Shown piece by piece: positions 42,619 to 52,400 of a DNA stretch of 64,000 bases. The notes beneath the pieces were generated by a model. It was given only the letters and a program-made list of their open reading frames with translations. It searched no databases and was not told where the DNA came from. Numbering within the stretch: the first letter of the stretch is position 1; each line of letters opens with the position of its first letter. The stretch is from Alphaproteobacteria bacterium (GTDB taxonomy: Bacteria > Pseudomonadota > Alphaproteobacteria > UBA828). The position numbers were made by a program, and so were the translations under genes. The stretch lies in the NCBI GenBank assembly GCA_965220745.1, contig CBDCQT010000013.1, forward strand, positions 800,001 to 864,000. The letters are read 5' to 3'.

Positions 42619-43601
42619 GGGTCGCTCTCGCATATACCGCTGACGGCGTGAGCCCAGGGTGACGGACCGCCGCGCCGCTGTCACGCTGTCGCCGGTAATC
42701 ATCGCAACAGAGGCCGCAATGCCTCTCTTCCACACCCACATCGTCGTCGACTGGTCGGCGCGGTCGAAGCCGAGTCCCAAGCGGAAGAGCCGGGACTCGA
42801 TCTGGTGGGCCGTTGCTCGTATTGCCCATGGCATCCAGGTGGGGGAGCCGGAATACGTCCGCACCCGCCACGACGCGCTCGACGGGCTCGCCGGTTTGAT
42901 CGCCAGCGAGCTGGACGCTGGCCGGCGGGTGCTGGTGGGCTTCGACTTTCCGTTCGGTTATCCGGCGGGTGTCGCGAAACACTTGGCGGGCGAGGAGTCC
43001 GGCTTGGCCCTTTGGGACTGGCTCGCGGAGCGCATCAAGGACGGTCCCGACAACGCCAACAACCGCTTTGGCGTTGCTGCGTCGATCAACGACACGTGTC
43101 CGGGCCTGGGTCCGTTCTGGGGCCGTCCTGGCACCTGGGATTACCCGACGATTCCGGTGCGGGCATCTGAGCGCACGGAGCAGAAGGCGCACCCGCCGGA
43201 GCGCCGCATCTGCGATGTCCGCGCGAAAGGCGCCAAGACTGTCTGGCAACTGGCCTATTCCGGGTCAGTTGGTTCGCAAATCCTCCTGGGACTGCCAGCG
43301 CTCAAGCGCTTGGTGGAGGACTCGCGCATCCGCGGCCGTGCCGCGATCTGGCCGTTCCAGACCGGCTTGCGGACGCCCGACGCGCCGGCGGTGATCGCCG
43401 AGGTCTATCCCTCGCTTCTCAGGGATGAGGTCCACGCCCTCAGGCGCGATAACGAAATTCCCGACAGCGCCCAATATCGCGACCTCGCAGATATGGCGAG
43501 GACGGGGCGACAGCCCACAGAGCGCCTCCTCTGGCGGCTGGATCGCTCAACATATTTCTGGCCTCCTCTCTTGGCTTCGCCAAGAAAAGAGGAGAGCCAT
43601 C

Positions 43602-45158
43602 ATGTCATCAACAACAACGCGCCTGTCCGGGTCTCAGCTCACGCCTGAACCGCATCCCGAGGTATTCGACGAGTATCGCGATCACTTGAGGGGCCTCGGA
43701 TTCACGGAAACGAGCGTCCGGGACCACGGTCGTTTCGTACGGCATTTCCTGATCTGGCTGGACGCAGACGACATTACACTGGATTCGATCGACGGCAATG
43801 TTGTGTCGAGCTTCTTTCGTCACGATTGCGGCTGCGATCTACCCTTCTCCAAGGCAATCCCGTCCGACTCCGGATATTCGGTAGGGCCAGTCACTCGGTT
43901 TGTGCGCTTTCTTGAGGAGACTGGGCGAACCTTCCATCTCGAGGAACTGGACCAAAACCTCGGTCTACTGGATCAGTTTCTACAGCAGTCCCGAGAAAAC
44001 GGATACAGCCACAGGGCACTTAACGTCTTTCGGTCGACAAGCCGCCACTTCATCGTCTGGCTGCACCATTTCCGTATCCCGCTCGGGCAGCTGGACAGTT
44101 CTACTCTGGAGTGCTTTTTCGAACACGACTGCTATTGCGGTCTCCCGGGAATATACACCGGTTGGCGCAAGAAGGAACGTGCCGTCTACCAACCGTCAGG
44201 CCTCACTCGGTTTATCGAGTTCTTGATTGACCGCGGCGAGGTCTCGGACGTCTTTCCATCGCCCACGGTAGCCGACGACGGCCTTGACGAGTTCCGTTCC
44301 TGGCTCCGGCAAAACCGCAACATTGGTGAGAAGACCATACGGCACTACACCGGAACAATAACCTCTCTCCGCCCAGACCTTGCAGAGAATCCCGATCAGT
44401 TTGACGTAACACAGATCCGGAACGCTCTAATGGACAAGCTCGAGAGCGCCTCTATCCGCCAAGCGAAACGAGTAACGTCCACGCTGCGCATGTACCTGCG
44501 GTTTATGGCCTCCACAGGTCGCTGCTCCGCGAGACTGGTGGGTGCTGTTCCGACCGTCGCAGAATGGAGTCAAACCACACTGCCTCGTTACTTGGCGCCT
44601 GAGATAATTGAACGGGCGATAGATTCTTGCGACCGAGCAACAGCGAAGGGGGTGCGCAACCGAGCAATAGTGCTCTTGCTCGCCAGGCTGGGCCTGCGTG
44701 CTGGAGAAGTTTCTCGCTTACGGTTGTGCGATATCGACTGGGAGAACGCACAGCTCCGGATCTGTGGAAAATCGGACAAGGAAACGGCCATTCCACTTCC
44801 GCAGGAGGTTGGAGATGCGTTGCTTGACTATATCACCAATGCCCGACCTCGCGCAGATGAGGAAAGGGTCTTTCTGTCGGTGCTGGCACCGCACCGGCCG
44901 TTCAAGGAATCAAGCGGGATCACCTACGTCGCGCGCGTTGCGCTCGAACGCGCCGGTGTCGATCGCGCCAAGTTCCGGGGCGCACATGTCTTTCGACACA
45001 GCGCGGCTACCAATCTGCTGCGATCCGGCGCATCTCTCCGCTTCGTCGGCTCCTTGCTTCGGCACGAGTCCCTGAAGACCACCGCGCTATACGCAAAAGT
45101 CGATGCGCAGATGCTTCAAGAACTCGCGCAACCATGGATCGGGGGGAATACGAAATGA
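43602..45158 (+). CDS. Tyrosine recombinase RitA-like, extended N-terminus
   Basis: LGLRAGEV, GK, HVFRH, LRH, TALYAK; GAGGAG RBS. Confidence 0.92.
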   Translation: MSSTTTRLSGSQLTPEPHPEVFDEYRDHLRGLGFTETSVRDHGRFVRHFLIWLDADDITLDSIDGNVVSSFFRHDCGCDLPFSKAIPSDSGYSVGPVTRFVRFLEETGRTFHLEELDQNLGLLDQFLQQSRENGYSHRALNVFRSTSRHFIVWLHHFRIPLGQLDSSTLECFFEHDCYCGLPGIYTGWRKKERAVYQPSGLTRFIEFLIDRGEVSDVFPSPTVADDGLDEFRSWLRQNRNIGEKTIRHYTGTITSLRPDLAENPDQFDVTQIRNALMDKLESASIRQAKRVTSTLRMYLRFMASTGRCSARLVGAVPTVAEWSQTTLPRYLAPEIIERAIDSCDRATAKGVRNRAIVLLLARLGLRAGEVSRLRLCDIDWENAQLRICGKSDKETAIPLPQEVGDALLDYITNARPRADEERVFLSVLAPHRPFKESSGITYVARVALERAGVDRAKFRGAHVFRHSAATNLLRSGASLRFVGSLLRHESLKTTALYAKVDAQMLQELAQPWIGGNTK

Positions 45159-46072
45159 CCCTCAAGACGCATGTGGAACGCTACATCGAACTCAAACGGC
45201 GCCTTGGCTACAAGTACGACGAAGCGGAAAAGCTGCTGCTCGACTACGCGAACTTTGCAGCGAAACGGAACGAGGACCTCATGCGGGTCGGAACAATGGT
45301 CGATTGGGCGGCCAAAGCGAGTTCACGCAACAGGTCGTGCACCAAGTTGGACGTCGTTCGCATTTTTGCGACGTTCCTACACGGAGAAGACCAACGTCAT
45401 GAGGTTCCGCCGCGCGATGTCTTCGGAAGGAAGACAAAGACAAGACCCCGACCGCATCTGCTGAGTGAAGGTGAGATTCGGCTCGTGATGGACGCCGCGT
45501 TGACACTGCGGCCGTTGGGATCGATCACGCCGCACACTTGGCACTACATGATCGGGCTGATCGCCGTGACGGGTCTACGGGCGTCGGAGGCCCTAAACCT
45601 GCGACTTGCCGATGTTGCTGCGGACAGCCTAACCGTGCAGCAGACAAAGTTCGGGAAGAGCCGGAAGGTTCCGCTGCATGAGGAGACTCGTGCAGCGCTC
45701 GACAACTATCTCGACATGAGAAAACGACTAGGAGGAGTGTACGATCATCTCTTCGTACGGGCGGACGGCAAGCCGCCGACGTATGCCGTCGCGCGCTATG
45801 TGTTCCTCAAACTTCTTCGTCAAACCGGTCTTCGCGCTGGTGGCAACGTGCCGGGCCCGAGCTTGCACAGCTTGCGCCATTCCTTCGCCGTGAGATCGCT
45901 CGAAAACATACCTGATGGCGCCGATCATAGCAGGCACATGCTTGCCCTTTCGGTCTCCCTTGGTCATGCCCAGGTGACCCACACCTACTGGTACATGGAG
46001 GCAACTCCGACCCTGCTCAATCAGATCGCGGAAAAAACAGAAAGTGGATACATAGGGAGGATGAAAAAATGA
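45155..46072 (+). CDS. Tyrosine recombinase RitB-like
   Basis: TGLRASEA, TKFGKSR, HSLRH, LGH, TYWY; ATGA overlap. Confidence 0.92.
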   Translation: MTLKTHVERYIELKRRLGYKYDEAEKLLLDYANFAAKRNEDLMRVGTMVDWAAKASSRNRSCTKLDVVRIFATFLHGEDQRHEVPPRDVFGRKTKTRPRPHLLSEGEIRLVMDAALTLRPLGSITPHTWHYMIGLIAVTGLRASEALNLRLADVAADSLTVQQTKFGKSRKVPLHEETRAALDNYLDMRKRLGGVYDHLFVRADGKPPTYAVARYVFLKLLRQTGLRAGGNVPGPSLHSLRHSFAVRSLENIPDGADHSRHMLALSVSLGHAQVTHTYWYMEATPTLLNQIAEKTESGYIGRMKK

Positions 46073-47070
46073 CAGCGCTGGCGACACATCTGAGTGAGTT
46101 CTTGCACCAGCACTTACCGAGAGACAGGCGGGCAAGCAAACATACAGCATCAAGCTATACCGCCACCTTCCGGCTACTAAACAGGTACATTAAGGACCAA
46201 CTCGACGAGGAAGCCTGCTTAGTAGAAATCGAGCAACTTAGCCCACAAACTATCCTGGAGTTCCTTGACTTCCTCGAGCAAGAACGGGGAAGTGGAGTAC
46301 GCACGCGCAATGCAAGGCTCGTCGCTATCAAGTCATTCTTCCGCTACCTGGAATACAAGGCTCCAGCCTGTCTGGAGCAATGCCGGCAGGTTCGTGCAAT
46401 CCCCGAAAAGCGCGCTGACGAGAAGCTGATAGATTGGTTGACCGGTGAAGAAATGGAGGTGCTTCTCGCGGTGCCGGACGTCAATACAATCTCTGGGCTT
46501 CGCGATCGAGCGATGTTGCTACTTGCGTATACGGCTGGCCTGCGCGTCTCTGAGCTCGTGTCGCTAAGGCTCGATGATCTCGATCAGCCTGATCTTGACA
46601 TCGTGCATGTGATGGGAAAGGGACGTCGTGAGCGGATTCTTCCACTCTGGAAGATTACCAAAGAAGCCTTGGCCAGCTGGCTCGACGTCCGAGAGACCGG
46701 TAAAACCGATCACGTTTTTATCAATGCTCGTGGTCGCCCGATAACCCGCCACGGCTTCGCTCATCGCCTGGCGGTACATACCAAGACTGCTCAGCAGCGG
46801 ATGCCGTCGATAGGGAGAAAGAATGTAACTCCGCACTCGCTTCGGCACAGTTGCGCGGTCCTCATACTCGAGGAGACGGACAATATCGGCTTTGTGTCGC
46901 TCTGGCTGGGTCATGCCAGCGCACAGAGCACAGCTATCTATCTGCGAGTGAATCCCAAGAAGGCGTTCGATGGGGTGGCAGGAGACTTGCCGTCAGAGAT
47001 CAGGAAGGGCTCGTTCAAGGGCGCTCGCGATCAACTGGAGCAGATTCTCAAGCACGTACCCTGTCCCTGA
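46069..47070 (+). CDS. Tyrosine recombinase RitC-like
   Basis: RTRNARL, GLRVSE, GKGRRER, PHSLRH, WLGH, TAIY; ATGA overlap. Confidence 0.92.
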   Translation: MTALATHLSEFLHQHLPRDRRASKHTASSYTATFRLLNRYIKDQLDEEACLVEIEQLSPQTILEFLDFLEQERGSGVRTRNARLVAIKSFFRYLEYKAPACLEQCRQVRAIPEKRADEKLIDWLTGEEMEVLLAVPDVNTISGLRDRAMLLLAYTAGLRVSELVSLRLDDLDQPDLDIVHVMGKGRRERILPLWKITKEALASWLDVRETGKTDHVFINARGRPITRHGFAHRLAVHTKTAQQRMPSIGRKNVTPHSLRHSCAVLILEETDNIGFVSLWLGHASAQSTAIYLRVNPKKAFDGVAGDLPSEIRKGSFKGARDQLEQILKHVPCP

Positions 47071-47151
47071 ATATGTTGAGCGATTCAGCCTCCGGAGCAG
47101 GCGCTCCGGGGGCCGTCGCCCCGTCCTCGCCATATCTGCGAGGTCGCGATA

Positions 47152-47185
47152 TTGGGAGCTATGTTGAGCTCAACATAGCTCCCAA
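47152..47185. repeat. Perfect 34-bp palindrome at the RIT right end
   Basis: ttgggagctatgttgag|ctcaacatagctcccaa. Confidence 0.95.
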
Positions 47186-47387
47186 GTGCGGGTGAACGCG
47201 AAGGCCTTCGCCCGGCTCGATGCCGCCGGCGGGCTCGCGCCCCTCTTCGCCGGCGCTCCCGGCCTCTCTACCGACGAACGCCGCCTCATCCAGACCGAAG
47301 AAGCCTGGATACTCGGCCTCGGCCACGAGGACGCTTTGAAGGGGGCCGTTGACCCGCCATAGAGGGCGGAACCGACCGAGCCGCGCC

Positions 47388-48563
47388 CTAACTCCACAGC
47401 CGGCTGCTGGCGAGGTCCGCACCGGCGCGCAGCGCGCGGAACTTCGCCCAGCAAATGTCCTCCGTCATCATCGCGTTGTCAGTGAAGACGGCGAAGCCGC
47501 AGTCCACGCCGGCGATCACGCGTTCGCGCTCTCCCACCGCGTTTACCGCACGCTGGATGCGCTCGGCCACCACCTCCGGATGCTCCAGGTGCTTGGTCAT
47601 GTTGTCGATCACGCCGGGGATCAGCACCATCGAGTCGGGCGGCGGGTTCTTGCGCACCGTCTCGTACTCGTGCTGATGGCCGGGGTTGGCGAAGGGGATG
47701 TTGAGCGCGCCCACCTTGGCCTCGTAGAGGCGGGGCAGGAGGGGCGCGAGCGGCGTGTCGTCGGCATGCGGCCCGTCCCAGGTGCCCCAGCACACGTGCA
47801 GGCGCACACGCTCGCGCGGCACATCGGCGAGCGCCACGTTGAGCGCCTCGATGTGGTCCTCGACGCTGGCGAGGAAGGCCGCATCCGACGCGTCGCGGAA
47901 GTAGAGATAGCGTTCCATGGCGAGGTCCGGCGCGTCGATCTGCAGCAGGTGACCACGCGAGACGATGAACTCGTATTCCGTCTTCAGCTCCCGCGCGAGC
48001 GCGAAGAGGTAGTCGCGGTCCGACGCATAGTGGGCGTTGTGCATGATGGTCAGAACGCAGCCGGGCGACGCCGCGGTCACGAAGGTCTCGGCGAAGTCCG
48101 CCTCCTGCCCAGCGAGAGCATCGTCGAAGGCATCGCACTCCGCGCGCACGCCGGCGCAGTCGGGATCGTAGCTCAGCTCCGCGATCGCTTGCGGCGCGTT
48201 GACGATGCGCGTGCGTTCCTCCGGGTTGGTGCGGAAGGCCTCGCGGTAGGCCTCCGCGTAGAGGGGGAACTTCTCGAAGTCGAGCAGGTCGTTGCGGCTG
48301 GAGCTCCCGCCGAAGCCGCTCATGCGCTGGGCCGGATAGGTCGAATAGCCGGCGCGGGCCTGCTCGCCGTCCCCGCCGATGTCGATGCCGCTCTCAAGCT
48401 GGCGCGCGACGACGTGCCGGGTGCGCGTGCGGATCGCGGCGTCGAGCACCGCAGGATCGACCGGCTTGCCGTGGTCCTGCCTGATCAGCAGGGCGCTAAG
48501 CTCCGGGTTACGCGCCAGGCTGCCGGCGTGGGTGGTGAGGATCCTAGAGTCGCTGCAACGCAT
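47388..48563 (-). CDS. Cobalamin-independent methionine synthase II family (MetE C-terminal / epoxyalkane:CoM transferase-like)
   Basis: TTHAGSL, DGE, QIDAPDL, LHVCWG, PGVID, EHPE, DCGF. Confidence 0.88.
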   Translation of the reverse strand: MRCSDSRILTTHAGSLARNPELSALLIRQDHGKPVDPAVLDAAIRTRTRHVVARQLESGIDIGGDGEQARAGYSTYPAQRMSGFGGSSSRNDLLDFEKFPLYAEAYREAFRTNPEERTRIVNAPQAIAELSYDPDCAGVRAECDAFDDALAGQEADFAETFVTAASPGCVLTIMHNAHYASDRDYLFALARELKTEYEFIVSRGHLLQIDAPDLAMERYLYFRDASDAAFLASVEDHIEALNVALADVPRERVRLHVCWGTWDGPHADDTPLAPLLPRLYEAKVGALNIPFANPGHQHEYETVRKNPPPDSMVLIPGVIDNMTKHLEHPEVVAERIQRAVNAVGERERVIAGVDCGFAVFTDNAMMTEDICWAKFRALRAGADLASSRLWS

Positions 48564-49297
48564 GGCACCGGCCCTCCCCGAGGCTCTTGCGCTCTGCCCC
48601 CAATGGTAATCGACCAGTTGCCCCGTCTCCACCACGCCCCGAGTCGCATACGTGGCATGGAAGGTCGGGCCGGTTTTCCCTCTAGAATCAAGACTATTAG
48701 GTGATGAAATTCCCGTGAAATCTTATAGTGTTCCCAAGAGATTACGCTGTAACATGGTTGATATGCCATGATGGCATGCGCTCTTGTTGAAAAGAGAGCA
48801 TTGGTCTTTCCACTTCATATCAATTTAGCATTGGTCGGGCCATTTTCTAAGATGTAATATACATACTAATTTATTTTATACAGTTATTACAACGTGTTAT
48901 ATCGTTATATATGTCAATATTGATATAGTTCAAGATCAGCAAAATATATTGATTCGGTGTGCGTTTCTTGCCATTTTGTGCCTGCTTTCGCTCTATCCAG
49001 TGATCCCAGTCTCCGTCGACTTTGACACTGCGATGCTGACGCGCGGTCTCGATTCTCGAGAACGGCACCGGTTGTGAGGTGAGAAGCCCATGAGTGAGTT
49101 CGGAGTACCCGTCTCGTTTAGGCGGAGCAAATGGCTGATTGCAACGGCAATTATCCGCTTCTGCCGTGAGGAGCCGCCTCGATGATATGGACGTATTCCG
49201 TATTCGCGGCTTGGCTCACGGGCGTGTGCCTCATTCTCGCGGCGCTCCTTCTCTCGACGGCGGGAGCATAGGCCGCGTGATGCCCTCGACCCGTACT

Positions 49298-49403
49298 TCT
49301 CACCACGGTCATGGTCTGCGCCCCTCCCTGGCGTTCGACCCGCTGCCCGCCTGTCCCTCCCTGCAGGCCGGGCAGCGCCGCGCAGACCATGACCGTGGTG
49401 AGA
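49298..49403. repeat. 106-bp palindromic element with perfect 24-bp arms (REP/MITE-like)
   Basis: tctcaccacggtcatggtctgcgc ... gcgcagaccatgaccgtggtgaga. Confidence 0.85.
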
Positions 49404-49487
49404 CATTCCCGCCAAGAACGACAGTGCAGATGTCCACCCAGTTGGTTCGGGCGAGACAACGTAAGCCGATGGAGGACGGCTGGGCGC

Positions 49488-52400
49488 CTACCCTTGCCCG
49501 AACCGGTTGACGCTACGCGGCGGCACCGCGCCGCCGGCTAATGCGGCGCGGTGCTCCGCGGTGCCGGACTCGTCGACGGCGAGCGTGCCCTCTTCCGCTC
49601 GCCCGGTGAGCCTCACGCCATACACTGCCTCTGCATGGTCTACGGTCACATAGCCCTCGACCACGTCCTCCAGCACGCGCCCGGGCTCGCGGGTGAGCGG
49701 GTCGCCGTAGCCGCTGCCGCCGTTATCCACCGAGCGCACGAACTCGCCCGGCGCCAGCGCCAGCATCACCCCATTCGGCACCGAGTCCTCGGAACCGTCG
49801 GCGTGCAAGTGGCCGTGGTAGGCGTGGTTGGCGTCGCTGCCACCGCGCACGCCTCTGGGCGGGTTGATCGTACCGCCGCCCATGATGCTCACGGTCATCT
49901 GGTCGCGGCGCGGGCCGAAGATCACCTCGGTCGCAGGCCCGCCCCGTCTGCGCCCCGCGCCGCCCGAATCGGGGAGGAGGCGCTGCGAGCGAATCAGCAT
50001 GGGGAAGCGCTGCTCGTCGAACTCGATGCTGTCCCGATGCAGCAATCCGCAGCCCCCCGGCGTCAGCAGGTAGATCATGCCGTCGTGCTCGGGCAGCGCC
50101 GGTCCGCCGCCGCCCATCAGATAGACCTGGTTGATGTACTCGGCCCCGCCGCGCCGCCAGTCCCTGCCCGAGACCACGCCCATGCCGGCCGAAAAGCAGA
50201 GATTGCCCTGGGCGAGCCCGTGGCCGTCCCCGAGCTGGGTGAAGGCCGATTGCACGAGGTTCACCACCACGTCCGCCATGTTGGTGGTCGCCAGCGAGCA
50301 GCTGTGCGGGAAGCGCGGGATGCCCACGACGCAGCCTTCCCGCAGCTTCACCTCCAGGCGGCGGAAGCTGCCGGCGTTGGGCGGGATATCGGACTCCAGG
50401 TTCTCGAACACGCCCTGGATGCAGTTGGCGGTCGCGCAGGCCTCGGTGAGGTTGAGGCCGGCGTCGATGCAATCCGGGTTGTCGCGGAGGTCGACGGTGA
50501 TGCGGCCTTCATCGGGGTCGATCCCGACCTTGACCGTGATCTCCAGGCTCTCGGGCAGGAAGGGCTGCACCGGGTCGTGCATTCCCTTGTTGACCAGCGT
50601 GCCCCTGGGCAGCCTGCGGATAGCGTGGTCGGCGCGGCGCTCCGCATAGTCGAACCAGGCCTCGATGAAGCGCCGCATCTGATCCACGCCGTGCTTCGCG
50701 GCAAACGCCTTGAGCCGCCGCTCGCCAATGCGCGCCGCGCCGAGCTGCGAGAGATAGTCGCCGTACCACTGGTCCGGCACCCGGATGCGCCGGCGGCACA
50801 TGCGCACGATGTCTTCGTTGTCCCGGAAATCCCGCTGCACCCGCACGCAGGGGAAGATCAGCGCGCCTTCCTCGTACACGTCGCGGGCGCGCGGCGTGTA
50901 GGTGGTGGGGATGCTGTCGCCGCAGTCGGCCTGGTGCCCCTTTACGGTGACGTTGAACAGGTGCTCGCCGTCGCAGAAGACCGGCACGATGATCGACCAG
51001 TCGGCGGCGTGACTGTTGCCGTCGTAGGGATCGTTATGGAGGTAGGCGTCACCTTCGCGGAAGTCCGGATGCACCCGGCACATGGTCCTGGTCTGCAGAT
51101 GGGCACCGTAGATGTGAGCCGGGATGCCCTCGGCGGCGGCCAGCAGCTCGTTGTCGGCGGTGACGATGGCGCAGGAGAAGTCGCGTGACTGGCCGATCAC
51201 GGCCGAGCGCGCGGTACGCATCACCACGCCGGTCATCTCGCGCAGGATCGCGTCGATCCGATTCGCCATGATCGCAACCTGCACCGGGTCGAGCTCTTCT
51301 GCGCCCTCCGCCGGTGCCCGCGCCGTCTCTTCCGCCGGTTCCAGAATGTAGTTGCCGCCGGGCGAGACCCGCGCCCGCGTCCGGGGGTAGACCACCACCG
51401 TGGTGGTCGGCTCCTCGATGATGGCGGGGCCGGCGATCGCATCGCCCGCAGCAAGCGTCGCGCCTTCGTAGACCGGCGTCTCCAGGAATCCCGCCTCACC
51501 GAAGAAGGCTCGCGTCGTGCGGCGTGGTACAGGCGGCCCGCCGCGCACGGTGTACTCGGCAGCCACCGCAGGCTGGGGCCGGTCGAGAAAGGCCGTGAGC
51601 CGGCCCTTCCAGTTCAAGCATTCGAGCAGCCCATTCTCTTCCTTCACGCCGTAGAGCCGGTCGTGCACCTCGTGGAAGTGCCCGATGAGCGCGTTGACAG
51701 CGCCGCGGCCCGCGAAGCGCGGGGCCGGCATCGCGATTTCGGTTTCCCATTGCTGGTTGAGGTAGCGCGCGTCGACGAAGTGGTCCTTGCGGAAGCGCGC
51801 GATTCCCCGCGCCCGCAAGCCGTCGGCGAACGCCTCCATGCGCGCGTCGATGTCGCCGAGGGTGTCGTTGACGGCGGCTTCGTCCCAGTGGTCGGTGCGG
51901 ACGTAGTGGCTCGCGCTGAACTCGGCGACGATGTCGGAATACTGCGCACCGCAGGCACTGAGCGCGCCCGCCGTCTTGGGCAGCAGCACCTGTTCGCAGC
52001 CGAGCGCTGCGGCGATCGGCAGGATGTTCAGGCCGGCGGCCCCGCCGCCCGCCACGAGCACGCTCTCGCGCGGATTGACCCCCTCGTTGACCGTGATCTC
52101 TTCGATCGCCTTGATCATGGTCTCGCTGGCGAGGGTGAGGATTGCCGCCGACGTCTCCTCGACCGTCATGTCGAGCTGCTCAGCCAGCGCTTCGACGGCG
52201 CGCCGGGCGGCGGCCACGTCGAGCTTCATGCGCCCGCCGAGGAAGGCGTCCGGGTCGATGTAGCCGAGCACCACCGCGGCGTCGGTCACGGTCGCCGCAT
52301 CGCCGCCCCGGCCGTAGCAGGCGGGGCCGGGGTCGGCGCCGGCGCTCTCGGGCCCCACGCGCATGAGCCCGCCGGGGTCGATCCAGGCGATGGAGCCACC

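Larger units (their letters stand above)
43470..47185 (+). mobile_element. RIT (recombinase in trio) element
   Basis: Three coupled tyrosine recombinases; 87-bp inverted arms 43470-43556 / 47070-47156; CCCAA direct repeat at 43470-43474 and 47181-47185. Confidence 0.92.
42719..47362 (+). pseudogene. RNase H-like (DUF429-related) protein gene split by the RIT element (parts 42719-43474 and 47186-47362)
   Basis: VVDWSA, GFDFPFGYP, GSVGSQ, IWPF, AEVYPS, IPDSAQ then VRVNAKAF..EEAWILG..stop; in frame once the insert is removed. Confidence 0.85.

Noticed and set aside
43425-47070. Prophage or integron interpretation of the three recombinases
   Set aside because: No phage genes or cassettes; the coupled trio with inverted arms fits RIT.
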